Of a DNA stretch of 64,000 nucleotides, positions 20,312 through 29,381 are shown in pieces. How positions within the stretch are numbered: position 1 is the first letter of the stretch; each line of letters begins with the position of its first letter. Both the position numbers and the translations under genes were made by a program. The stretch comes from Phycisphaerales bacterium (lineage in GTDB: Bacteria > Planctomycetota > Phycisphaerae > Phycisphaerales > UBA1924), in NCBI GenBank assembly GCA_965227775.1, contig OZ245777.1, forward strand, positions 1,248,001 to 1,312,000, read 5' to 3'. The notes beneath the pieces are model-generated. The model ran no database searches. It was not told the DNA's origin and saw only the letters and a list, made by a program, of their open reading frames with translations.

Positions 20312-21817
20312 ATGTCTCGCCCGCTGTTCGATCCCACTAAGATGGCTGCCAAGCCCCGCACGCCCGAGGCGCCCGCACCAAAGCCCGCTGACGCGCCCAT
20401 GCGTGTGCGCGAGCTGGCGGCGCTCGTCGATGGCGCGATCCGACGCGGCATCGCCAGCCCGCTGCGAGTTGTGGGAGAGGTCAGCGGCCTGCGTGAGCGC
20501 ACGCACTTGTACTTCGACCTCAAGGACGGTGAGGCGGTCGTCTCGTGCGTGCTCTTCGCCAACGTCGTGCGCAAGCATCGCGTCGTGCTGCGAGACGGGC
20601 TCGAGGTGGTGGTCACCGGGTCGCTCGAGTTCTACGCCAAGGCCGGCAAGCTTTCGTTCATCGGCACGAACGCCCAGCCGGTCGGGGCCGGTGCGCTCGA
20701 TCTTGCGTTCAAGCAGCTCTGCGAGGAGCTGCGCGGGCTCGGCTGGTTCGATGACGTGCGCAAGCGGCCGCTCCCGGCGTTCCCCCGCCGCGTGGCGGTG
20801 ATCACGAGTCGAAGCTCGGCGGCGCTGCAGGACGTGCTGGACACCATGCGGCGTCGGTGCCCCGCGGTTGAGGTTGTGTTTGTCGACGCACGCGTGCAGG
20901 GCGAGACGGCGGCCGCGGAGCTGCGCGCCAAGCTCGTGTCCCTCTCGAAGCAGCACCGCGAGCTTGGCATCGACGCGGTCATCATCACGCGCGGCGGCGG
21001 ATCGGCCGAAGACTTGTGGGCGTTCAATGATCGCGCGCTGGCCGAGGTAATCCTCAAGTGCCCCGTGCCGGTTGTCGCGGCGATCGGCCACGAGACCGAT
21101 ACGACGATCGCCGAGTTGGTTGCCGACGTGCGCGCCGCGACACCCACGCAGGCGGCGATGCGATTGACGCCCGACGGCTCGAAGCTGCTCGAGCAGGTCG
21201 ATATCGCCCAGAGCCGGATGCGTGGGGCGTTGCTCCGGCGGGTGTCCGACGCGCAGCGCGCCGTCGAGGCGTTGTCCCGGCGGCGGCCGATCGCCAACCC
21301 GAATGCCATCACCGCCGACGCGCGCGCCCTGATGGAGCGCACGGCCGAGCGCTTGCGTGATCGGGTGCGGGCTCGGGTGCATCACGCGGCGCTGCGTCTC
21401 GAGCGATTGAGCGCCCGGCTCGACGCGCACAAGCCCGCGGCCGAGCTCGCCCGCCGCGCGCAACGGCTCGACCACGCCGCCGATCGATTGAAGCGATCGA
21501 TGTCGGCGCGCCTCGAAGGCGAGCTGCGGAAGCTGGACGCCCACGAGCGTCAGCTACGAGCGGTTGGGCCGCAGGCGGTGCTGGCGAGGGGGTATTCCTA
21601 TACCACGCTGGCGGATGGCAGGCTCGTTCGGTCCTCCTCTGGCGTGTCGGCAGGCGACGAGCTCGTCACCATGCTGGCCGACGGACGTGTACGCTCGACC
21701 GTGGACGGGACTGCCGCCCAGAAGAAGGCTCCCGCCAAGCCCAAGCCCGCGGCCCGGAAGCCTGCGACCAAGGACGAGCTTCCGCAGCTGGGTCTCTTCG
21801 GCGACTCGAAAGGTTGA
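20312..21817 (+). CDS. xseA: Exodeoxyribonuclease VII large subunit
   Basis: VVGEVS, HLYFDLKD, RGGGSAEDLWAFN, AIGHETDTTIAELVADVRAATPT, LARGYS. Confidence 0.95.
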   Translation: MSRPLFDPTKMAAKPRTPEAPAPKPADAPMRVRELAALVDGAIRRGIASPLRVVGEVSGLRERTHLYFDLKDGEAVVSCVLFANVVRKHRVVLRDGLEVVVTGSLEFYAKAGKLSFIGTNAQPVGAGALDLAFKQLCEELRGLGWFDDVRKRPLPAFPRRVAVITSRSSAALQDVLDTMRRRCPAVEVVFVDARVQGETAAAELRAKLVSLSKQHRELGIDAVIITRGGGSAEDLWAFNDRALAEVILKCPVPVVAAIGHETDTTIAELVADVRAATPTQAAMRLTPDGSKLLEQVDIAQSRMRGALLRRVSDAQRAVEALSRRRPIANPNAITADARALMERTAERLRDRVRARVHHAALRLERLSARLDAHKPAAELARRAQRLDHAADRLKRSMSARLEGELRKLDAHERQLRAVGPQAVLARGYSYTTLADGRLVRSSSGVSAGDELVTMLADGRVRSTVDGTAAQKKAPAKPKPAARKPATKDELPQLGLFGDSKG

Positions 21818-22077
21818 TGCCCATGGCCGACAAGAAGTCCAAGTCCGACCAGCCCGAGCCCACATTCGAGGAGTCTTTGTCGGAGGTCGAGTCCATCATC
21901 GAGCGCATCGAGACCGGCCAGAGCGGGCTGGAGCGATCGATCGGTGAGTACGAGAAGGGCGTCCGCCTGCTGGCGCGCTGCCGCGGCATGCTGAAGGATG
22001 CCGAGCAGCGCATCGAGGACGTGACGGGCAAGCTCGAGGCCGAGGGTGCCAAGGAGAAGGAACCGAAGGCCGATTGA
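21817..22077 (+). CDS. xseB: Exodeoxyribonuclease VII small subunit
   Basis: TFEESLSEVESII..IE.G...LE.SI..YEKG..L...C...L..AEQRI; TGATG overlap with xseA. Confidence 0.92.
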   Translation: MPMADKKSKSDQPEPTFEESLSEVESIIERIETGQSGLERSIGEYEKGVRLLARCRGMLKDAEQRIEDVTGKLEAEGAKEKEPKAD

Positions 22078-22123
22078 CCCCCCGGGCCGATCTGACCGAT
22101 AGCCCTGCCGGAGCCGACGCCGC

Positions 22124-23665
22124 TTGCAAGACCTCGTCATCATCCTGCCCCGGGTGGCCACCCTGCTGTTCGTGTTCGCCTTCGGGGCGTGCGCGGGCTC
22201 GCTCATCAACGTGCTGGCGTACAGGCTGCCACGCGGCATCGGCGTGGTCACGCCGCCCTCGCGCTGCCCGGCGTGCGAGACCAAGCTCCGCTGGAAGGAC
22301 AACATCCCGATCTTCGGGTGGCTGTTCCTGCGAGGAAAGTGCCGGTATTGCAAGACACCCATCTCGCCCGAGTACCCCCTGGTCGAGCTGTTCGCGGCGA
22401 GCCTGTTCACGCTCTTCTACGTCGCGTGGTACCTGATCCCCGCGATGAGCGCCATGAGCTCGGGCTACGAGGTGCTCGGGCTCGATCTGTCAACGCTGCG
22501 GCCCGACTGGGCGATCATCGATCGCTTCAACGGCGTGCCAAAGCACTCGGCGCCCATCTTCGCGATCGTCCTGCTGCTCGTCGGCTCGCTGTTGGCGATG
22601 ACGCTGACCGATCTGAAGACCACCATGATCCCGCTCGTGCTGCCGTGGTTCGCAACGGTGGTGGGCGTGCTGATCCACACGGGCTATGGGGCGTTCCTCT
22701 CGCTCAAGGGCCTCGAGTATCCGATGCCCAGCGGCGACGGCTCGTGGCGCTGGCCCATCCCGACGTATGGCTGGGCGAGCCTGGGCATCGGCTTGGGCGG
22801 GGTGCTCGGCATTGGCCTGTCGCTGCTTCTGGTGAAGTTCAAGCTCATTGGGCGCAGCTTTGCAGACGCCATGGATTGGGAAGAGGCCCACCGCAAGGAG
22901 CAGGGCCTGCCGCCGCTACCCACGCTTGAAGAGATGGACGCGTCGGAGACCGGCCAGTGGCGTCCCAAGGCCGGATGGCTGCGCGGCCCGGCCGTCATCA
23001 CGATCACGGTCATCGCCTGCGCGGTTGCCGGCGGCATTGCGGCTCGCGTGCTCGGCTATGCCCCTGGCATCGGCGTGATTATCGGGGCGGCTCTCGGGCC
23101 CATCATTGCCGGCGTACCGCTCCGCTTGCTGGTGCCGGCGCCAAAGACCGAGGCTGACGACTCCACGAGCGACGCCGAGGTCTGGATCGCCTACCCGCAC
23201 GCCCGTCGCGAGATGGTCAAGGAGATGGCCTTCCTCGCGCCGCCCGTGATGCTGGCTTTCGGCGGGTTCGTCATCGCGTCTTCGTTCGAGGGCTTCTGCC
23301 CGGTCTGGCTCGATGCGCTGGGCGGCTCGCTTCTTGGCTACCTCATCGGTGGCGGTGTGGTCTGGGCCATCCGGCTGTTTGGCAGCCTCGGCTTCGGCAA
23401 GGAGGCCATGGGCCTGGGCGACGTGCACCTGATGGCGGCGGTGGGGGCGTGCATCGGGTGGGTCGATGCCGTGCTGGCGTTCTTCGCCGCTGCGTTCGTG
23501 GGCATCCTGCTCACGTTCTACAGCCTCTCGCTCAGCCGCGGAGTTGGCCGCGCGATGCCCTATGGCCCGTCGCTTGCCATCGCGACGGTCGTCGTCTTGC
23601 TCGCAAGGCCGGCGGTTGAGTTCGGGCTGAGCCGGTTGACCGGCCAGCCCGTGAACCTGCCGTAA
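22124..23665 (+). CDS. Prepilin peptidase (A24 family) with insertions
   Basis: GSLINVLAYRLP, SRCPAC, DNIP, GKCRYC, YPLVE, TDLKTTMIP, MGLGDVHLMA, PYGPSL; TTG start. Confidence 0.9.
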   Translation: MQDLVIILPRVATLLFVFAFGACAGSLINVLAYRLPRGIGVVTPPSRCPACETKLRWKDNIPIFGWLFLRGKCRYCKTPISPEYPLVELFAASLFTLFYVAWYLIPAMSAMSSGYEVLGLDLSTLRPDWAIIDRFNGVPKHSAPIFAIVLLLVGSLLAMTLTDLKTTMIPLVLPWFATVVGVLIHTGYGAFLSLKGLEYPMPSGDGSWRWPIPTYGWASLGIGLGGVLGIGLSLLLVKFKLIGRSFADAMDWEEAHRKEQGLPPLPTLEEMDASETGQWRPKAGWLRGPAVITITVIACAVAGGIAARVLGYAPGIGVIIGAALGPIIAGVPLRLLVPAPKTEADDSTSDAEVWIAYPHARREMVKEMAFLAPPVMLAFGGFVIASSFEGFCPVWLDALGGSLLGYLIGGGVVWAIRLFGSLGFGKEAMGLGDVHLMAAVGACIGWVDAVLAFFAAAFVGILLTFYSLSLSRGVGRAMPYGPSLAIATVVVLLARPAVEFGLSRLTGQPVNLP

Positions 23666-23718
23666 GCGCTTGCCACCGCTGTCGTTTGCTGGCGGAAGCC
23701 GGTTTTTGGCCGCATTCA

Positions 23719-23745
23719 CAGACTTTTGGGTGCTCTCGCCGATAA
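23719..23745 (+). promoter_or_regulatory. Candidate sigma-28-type promoter CAGACTTT-N11-GCCGATAA
   Basis: Perfect GCCGATAA -10 at 23738-23745, partial -35 at the consensus spacing. Confidence 0.4.
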
Positions 23746-23833
23746 GGTTGGATCGCCGCGGCCGAGCCCTCACGGAGGGGGCGCTGGCGTCGCGTTGTGC
23801 TCCGCTTCGCATCGGCATTGGAGGATCCAAGGC

Positions 23834-24487
23834 ATGCCCATGTGCGTCTCGCTTCGAAACTCGATCTCTCGCGTGGCTTGTGTGCTGGTGCTGCTGAGCG
23901 TGGCACTGGCGGGCGTTGGCTGCGCAAGCACCGGCCCGAACCCCGACGATCCGCTGGTGATGGAGAACCAGGAACTCCGCCGCGTGAACGAGAGCCTCGA
24001 GATGGCGCTCGCCGACGCAGAGGCCCGCTACCGCGCTCTCGATGAGCAGAACCGCGACCTGGCGTCGCAACTCGCCGCCCAGCCGGCCCTGGGCGACATG
24101 ACCGGCTTCGAGGGTCTGGGCGCGGGCGTCAGCCGGCGTGCGGGGGAGGTCGTCGTTGACATCGCCGGCGAGGTGTTGTTCGACTCGGGCTCGGTCACGA
24201 TCAAGCGTGACGCGCGCGGCGTGCTCGATGGCGTGGTCCGCGTCATCCGCGAGCGGTACCCGAACGCCGAGATCCGCGTGGCTGGCTTCACCGACAACGA
24301 CCCGATCCGCAAGAGCGACTGGAAGACCAATGAGCGGCTGAGCGCCGAGCGCGCGATGGCTGTCGAGAGCTACCTCGTCTCCAAGGGGCTTAGCAACGAT
24401 CGCGTGCACTCGGCCGCCTATGGCCCGGCCAAGCCCAAGGGCACCAAGCGTGCGAGCCGTCGCGTCGAGATCATCGTGCTCGAGTAG
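23834..24487 (+). CDS. OmpA/MotB-family lipoprotein
   Basis: Lipobox-like LAGVGC, coiled coil, VLFDSG, VAGFTDNDP, NERLSAERA, SRRVEI. Confidence 0.88.
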   Translation: MPMCVSLRNSISRVACVLVLLSVALAGVGCASTGPNPDDPLVMENQELRRVNESLEMALADAEARYRALDEQNRDLASQLAAQPALGDMTGFEGLGAGVSRRAGEVVVDIAGEVLFDSGSVTIKRDARGVLDGVVRVIRERYPNAEIRVAGFTDNDPIRKSDWKTNERLSAERAMAVESYLVSKGLSNDRVHSAAYGPAKPKGTKRASRRVEIIVLE

Positions 24488-24509
24488 GAATCACACAACA
24501 GCACTCGTG

Positions 24510-24549
24510 GAAACACCCCGGCATCGTGTGATGCCGGGGTGTTTCGTTT
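24510..24549. terminator. Bidirectional terminator between the OmpA-family gene and lpxK
   Basis: Perfect 16-bp stem GAAACACCCCGGCATC/GATGCCGGGGTGTTTC. Confidence 0.8.
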
Positions 24550-24574
24550 GGTCCATCGCCGTTTCGATTCGCGC

Positions 24575-25669
24575 TCAGTGCTCGTCGGCCGGCGCATCCT
24601 GCCACAGGGCAGCGGCCAGCACGGCGTCTTGCACGAGGTCTCCACCAGCCGTGAGGCGCATCTCGAGCACGGGACGCGCGACCGGGCACGGCCAAGCATC
24701 GCCGGGCACGTGTGCGAGCTTGGTCCAGTCCTTCTGCGTGACGAGCAGTGCGTCGCAGCCGTCGGCCAAGCGCCGGAGACGCTCAATCGTGGCTGGGGCG
24801 TACGGATCATGATCGCGCAACACGAGCGTGTCGGATGGCGGGCCGAGCGTGCGCGTGGCCTGATCGATGAAGGCGTTGGGCTTGCCGATGGCGCAGGCGA
24901 GCGCGTACGTCCGGCCTTGCATCCAGTGCAATTGCTCGACGTGATCCTCACCGCCGACCGCGATCTCGAAGCCCGTCCACTCGTGCGAGCCTCGGGCCAG
25001 GACGAGGTGCGGGAAGCGTCGCCTCAGCTCCGCTTCGGTGCGCGTCAGATCGGCCGGCTGCGCCGTGTCTGCGTGGGTCAAAATGACCACGTGGGCGCGC
25101 GCCAGGCTGGTCACGGGCTCGCGCAGCCAGCCGGCAGGTAGCAGGCGCTGTTCGAACACGTCCTGGGTCGCGTCGATAAGCACCACGTCCAGCTGCCTGG
25201 CAAGGCGGCGATGCTGGAAGCCGTCGTCGAGTACGACCACGTCGACGCTATCGCCCTCGTCGCTGCCAAAGAGCTGGATGAGCTGGTGCACGCGGTTTGG
25301 GCCGATGGCCATGGGGATGCCGGGCAGCGCCTCACGGTGGAGTTCGGCTTCGTCGCTCAGCCCATCGCGTGACCCGTAGCCGCGCATCGCGATGGCCGGG
25401 TTGCGTCCAGCGTCGCGCAGCCAGCGGCAGGCGAGCTGGACGACCGGCGTCTTGCCCGTGCCGCCGACGCTCAGGTTGCCGACCGAGATGACGGGGCGAT
25501 CGACGGTGACCGTGAGCCCGCCAGGCGAGAAGGCCGACGCTCGTGCGCGCACGTCGTAGCGGGCGTTGCGACGCGCAATGGCGCGGGCGTACAGACGCTC
25601 GGCGAGCGGCGCAAGCGGCCGGACCGCGGCCGGCATGGGCCCGCGAGGAGCACGGGCGTCACGGGCCAT
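24575..25669 (-). CDS. lpxK: Tetraacyldisaccharide 4'-kinase
   Basis: VISVGNLSVGGTGKTP, RGYG, SDEA, LDDGFQH, LLPAGWLREP, DH, VTQKD. Confidence 0.95.
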   Translation of the reverse strand: MARDARAPRGPMPAAVRPLAPLAERLYARAIARRNARYDVRARASAFSPGGLTVTVDRPVISVGNLSVGGTGKTPVVQLACRWLRDAGRNPAIAMRGYGSRDGLSDEAELHREALPGIPMAIGPNRVHQLIQLFGSDEGDSVDVVVLDDGFQHRRLARQLDVVLIDATQDVFEQRLLPAGWLREPVTSLARAHVVILTHADTAQPADLTRTEAELRRRFPHLVLARGSHEWTGFEIAVGGEDHVEQLHWMQGRTYALACAIGKPNAFIDQATRTLGPPSDTLVLRDHDPYAPATIERLRRLADGCDALLVTQKDWTKLAHVPGDAWPCPVARPVLEMRLTAGGDLVQDAVLAAALWQDAPADEH

Positions 25670-26027
25670 CGTCTTCCTTTCGCTGCGTCACGAGGTGCTG
25701 GCCCAGGTGCCGGCCGGCTGTTCGGCTGATCTCGCGGCGTTGGTGGTTCGCCAGGCGCAGGTTGTTGGCCATGTCGACGAACGCCATCAGGATGACAAAG
25801 CCCAACAGCGCGATCGCGACGGCCCACACCAGTGCGAAACGCCGCGGATTCGCGGGCGAGACAACGGAGAACGCGATCGCCAGCACGGGCGTGGTGATCA
25901 GGATGAGCCAGCCGTTGGCGGTGCGGATGCGACGGCGGCTCTCGGGCATGTCGGCGCTGCGCATCGCCATCAGGTGCGCCGCGACCACCACGAGCGTCAG
26001 CATCGCGAGGGGGCCGGAGATCCACAT
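25659..26027 (-). CDS. Hypothetical membrane protein (about 3 TM)
   Basis: Three hydrophobic segments; lies between maf and lpxK and overlaps the lpxK start; start could be 26060. Confidence 0.7.
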   Translation of the reverse strand: MWISGPLAMLTLVVVAAHLMAMRSADMPESRRRIRTANGWLILITTPVLAIAFSVVSPANPRRFALVWAVAIALLGFVILMAFVDMANNLRLANHQRREISRTAGRHLGQHLVTQRKEDDGP

Positions 26028-26041
26028 GGGAGCGATACCGT

Positions 26042-26665
26042 TCACGAGCCGGCCTCCCACGCCGTCGTGTGCGCGATCCAGGTCGCCAGGCTACGCGTTG
26101 GCAGGCCCACGACCGTGTTCGCATCGCCGCGCACCGTGAGCGGCCAGCCGTCGGCGATGCGCTCGGTCAGGTTGTACCCGCCCGCCTTGCCCTTCCATCC
26201 CCCGGTGACGAGGTAGCGGTCGATGGCGTCCTCGAAGATCGTTCCAAAGGTGACCTCGGCGACGTCGGCGAGCAGCAGGCGATGCGTGTTGGGGCGGTAA
26301 GGATCGAGGATCGCAACGCTCGTCACCACACGCTGGGTCTGGCCGACCATGGATCGCAGCGTGCCTCGCGCCTCGGCTTCGCTGGCGGGCTTGCCGATGA
26401 TCCGCCCGTCGAGCTCGCAGGCCGTGTCGGCGCCCACGACCAAGCCGGCCTGCGAAGGCTCGAGCGACTCGATCGCTGCCCGGGCCTTGAAGTAGGCCAT
26501 CGCCATCGTCCAAGTCGCGGCCGACGCCGCCGGCGGCGGGGTGAGCTCGCCGTCGTCGATGTTCGAGGCCACGACCGCGAAGTCGGCGCCAAGTGAGGTC
26601 AGCAGCTCCCGGCGTCTCGGGCTGCCGCTGGCCAGCAGCAGGCGCACCGGAGGCAGGGCGGGCAA
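26042..26665 (-). CDS. maf: Maf family nucleoside triphosphate pyrophosphatase
   Basis: LLLASGSPRRRELL, KA, GADT, GKP, KAGGY, VVGLP; start is TTG 26665 or GTG 26647. Confidence 0.9.
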   Translation of the reverse strand: MPALPPVRLLLASGSPRRRELLTSLGADFAVVASNIDDGELTPPPAASAATWTMAMAYFKARAAIESLEPSQAGLVVGADTACELDGRIIGKPASEAEARGTLRSMVGQTQRVVTSVAILDPYRPNTHRLLLADVAEVTFGTIFEDAIDRYLVTGGWKGKAGGYNLTERIADGWPLTVRGDANTVVGLPTRSLATWIAHTTAWEAGS

Positions 26666-26692
26666 CTCGGGCCCGGCCGCTATGCTCCCATC

Positions 26693-27508
26693 ATGCGTGC
26701 GCACCTGGTCCAACTGGACATCGTATGGGAAGACCGCGAGGCCAACTTCGATCGCGTGCTGCGGCTGCTCGACGGCGTCGATGTCGATGAAGGCGACTTC
26801 GTGCTGCTGCCGGAGATGTTCGACAGCGGGTTCTCCCTGAACACCGAAACCACCGCAGACGATGGCACGACCCAGGCGTGGCTGTCCCGCCTGGCCGACG
26901 ATCTGGGCGCGACGGTCATGGGCGGGCGGACTGTGGGCGGCTGTGCGAATGGTGGGTGCGAAAAGGCAACCAACCACGCAACGGTCTTTGCACCCGATGA
27001 GCGTGGCGGCGAGCCGAAGCTGCTGTGCGATTACGCCAAGATCCACCCTTTCACCTACGGGCGAGAGGGCGAGCGTTTTGTCGGCGGGCGGCACGTGGAG
27101 ACGTTCGCCTGGAGTGCGGGCGAAGAAGCGCTGGTCGTTTGCCCGACGATTTGCTACGACCTGCGGTTTCCCGAGCTCTATCGCCTCGGGCTCCAGCAGG
27201 GGGCCGAGGTGTTCACCTGCATCGCGAACTTCCCGGCCGCCCGGCAGTCGCACTGGCGGACGCTGGCGATCGCGCGGGCGATCGAGAACCAGGCGTTCGT
27301 GCTCGCGGTCAACCGCCGGGGCAACGACCCCTACCTGGCCTACGCGGGCGGCACGGTCGCGATCGACGCCAAGGGCGAGGTCATCGGAGAGCTTGGCGAC
27401 GAAGAGGCCGTGCTGACGGTCGAACTCGACGTTCCGGCATTCCGGGCGTGGCGGGCCGAGTTCCCTGCTTGGAAAGACGGCACGCTGCTGGCTCCTGACC
27501 GCGTGTAG
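26693..27508 (+). CDS. Nitrilase/carbon-nitrogen hydrolase family amidase (omega-amidase-like)
   Basis: Catalytic triad motifs LPEMF, YAKIHPF, ICYDLRFPE; ARAIENQ. Confidence 0.92.
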   Translation: MRAHLVQLDIVWEDREANFDRVLRLLDGVDVDEGDFVLLPEMFDSGFSLNTETTADDGTTQAWLSRLADDLGATVMGGRTVGGCANGGCEKATNHATVFAPDERGGEPKLLCDYAKIHPFTYGREGERFVGGRHVETFAWSAGEEALVVCPTICYDLRFPELYRLGLQQGAEVFTCIANFPAARQSHWRTLAIARAIENQAFVLAVNRRGNDPYLAYAGGTVAIDAKGEVIGELGDEEAVLTVELDVPAFRAWRAEFPAWKDGTLLAPDRV

Positions 27509-27748
27509 GCTGGAACTCTGGGCGCTCCGCGTGGGGAGGCCCCTTATCGGCCCGGGTTATGCCGACGTGGCGCGTGGAAATGCCGAACCGGGCGCGAACT
27601 TCCGGGGATCTGGTGCGAATCGGCACCCCGGCGGGCCTGGAATTATGCCCCGTTCGGGCAGGCCCGCTGCGGCTTCGCTCCGCTGGCGTCGATAACGACT
27701 TGGGCGGGTCCTTGGGGCCCGTCCGGGGTGCGGCGCGTCGGCTGAGAT

Positions 27749-27777
27749 TTGTCCGTGCGCAGCCGCGCCGCTATGTT
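27749..27777 (+). promoter_or_regulatory. Sigma-70-type promoter of the kinase gene
   Basis: TTGTCC-N17-TATGTT about 60 nt upstream of ATG 27838. Confidence 0.55.
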
Positions 27778-27837
27778 CCCCTCCCCTTTACAGGGGCAGA
27801 ATCGAGACGTCGTTCACAGAACCGGATTGCACGCACG

Positions 27838-29256
27838 ATGGCCGACCCAAACCCAATGCCCGCCCGCAACTCGCCGGAAGCCTCGGCTTCTGGAACGGGT
27901 GCGATGTCGGGCAGCCGGACGGCGGCGCTCTCTGCGATGGATCGCTCCGGGATCACGCCCCTGAGCGGCGTTGCCACGCCCGAGGACCCCGATGCCGCCC
28001 TGGCCGAAGTCGCCAAGGGCGGGTCTAACGTAGATACCGCGCTGGGGCGCCTCGTCGTCGACTACGGGCTTGCCACACGCGAAGAGGTTGATCTCTGCAA
28101 GGATCGGTTGCGCGGCGCCGAAGGCGGCGAGGACGCAAGCCAGGGATCGCTCGCGGTCGAGTTGGTCGATCAGGACTTTGTGACCAAGCGGCAGATCGCC
28201 AGGCTCAAGGCCATCCTGGACGCCGAGCGCAGCGGTCAGAAGATCCCGGGATACCGCCTGCTTGGCAAGCTGGGCGCGGGCGCGATGGCGACGGTCTACA
28301 AGGCGCGCCAGCTCAACCTCGATCGCCTGGTTGCCATCAAGGTGCTGCCGCGCAAGTTCAGCCAGAATCCGCAGTTCATCGAGCGCTTCTATGCAGAAGG
28401 TCGAGCTGCTGCGCAGCTCAACCATCCGCACATCGTGCAGGCCTACGACGTGGGCAAGGCGGGCGAGTATCACTACTTCGTGATGGAGTACGTGAACGGC
28501 CGCACCGTGTACGACGACATCGTGAAGAACAAGCGATTTGGCGAGGCCGACGCGGTCGAGATCGTGCGCCAGGTTGCCATGGCGCTCGGGCACGCCCACG
28601 AGCGGGGCATCATCCACCGCGACGTGAAGCCCAAGAACATCATGATCACCAACGATGGTGTGGTGAAGCTGGCCGACATGGGCCTGGCGCGCGCCATGAG
28701 CGATAAAGAAGCGGCAGAGGCCGAGGCGGGTAAGGCGTTCGGTACACCGTTCTACATCAGCCCAGAGCAGATTCGCGGCGAGACCAACGTGGGTGTCGAG
28801 GCCGACATCTATTCGCTTGGTGCCACCCTCTACCACATGGTGACGGGCAACGTGCCATTCGACGGCAAGAACCCCACCAGCGTGATGCACAAGCACCTGA
28901 AGGCCGACCCCGTGCCGCCCGACCAGGTGAACCCCCGCTTGAGCGGCGGCATCAGCGAGGTCATCGAGATGATGCTCGCCAAGAAGCGCGAGCAGCGGTA
29001 CCGCGGCGTCAAGGACCTGCTGGACGACCTCGACGCGGTCAGCAATGGCAAAGCGCCGCCGCTGGCCCACCGCGGGCTGAACGAGGCCGACCTGGCCTCG
29101 CTGAGCCACCTGGAGACCGCCAGCGTCGCCGCACCCGAGGAACTGCAGCCGGCCAAGCCCGCCGCCAGCGGCAACGATTTCCGCACGCCGCTGCTGATTG
29201 CGCTCGGTGTGCTGCTTGCCATCAGCCTTGTGATCAATCTGGTCCAGATGGCTTGA
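27838..29256 (+). CDS. Hanks-type Ser/Thr protein kinase with N-terminal MshEN-like repeat and C-terminal TM
   Basis: LGAGAMATV, VAIK, HRDVKPKN, DMG, GTPFYISPE, DIYSLG; terminal hydrophobic helix. Confidence 0.93.
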   Translation: MADPNPMPARNSPEASASGTGAMSGSRTAALSAMDRSGITPLSGVATPEDPDAALAEVAKGGSNVDTALGRLVVDYGLATREEVDLCKDRLRGAEGGEDASQGSLAVELVDQDFVTKRQIARLKAILDAERSGQKIPGYRLLGKLGAGAMATVYKARQLNLDRLVAIKVLPRKFSQNPQFIERFYAEGRAAAQLNHPHIVQAYDVGKAGEYHYFVMEYVNGRTVYDDIVKNKRFGEADAVEIVRQVAMALGHAHERGIIHRDVKPKNIMITNDGVVKLADMGLARAMSDKEAAEAEAGKAFGTPFYISPEQIRGETNVGVEADIYSLGATLYHMVTGNVPFDGKNPTSVMHKHLKADPVPPDQVNPRLSGGISEVIEMMLAKKREQRYRGVKDLLDDLDAVSNGKAPPLAHRGLNEADLASLSHLETASVAAPEELQPAKPAASGNDFRTPLLIALGVLLAISLVINLVQMA

Positions 29257-29352
29257 GCGGCTTCGCTCGTATGGGTATGAGTGCCCATTGGCGGAACACC
29301 CGTGGGTTCCGCCCGGTTCGCAGTTTGTGTGGACCGTCACAGACAAATTGGC

Positions 29353-29381
29353 TTGCTCGGCGTCGATCGATCTGGTATTCT
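29353..29381 (+). promoter_or_regulatory. Sigma-70 promoter of infC with extended -10
   Basis: TTGCTC-N17-TATTCT, with TG one base before the -10. Confidence 0.65.

Noticed and set aside
27544..27551. Perfect GCCGATAA on the minus strand after the nitrilase-family gene
   Set aside because: No -35 at the right spacing and no gene start close downstream; may be chance
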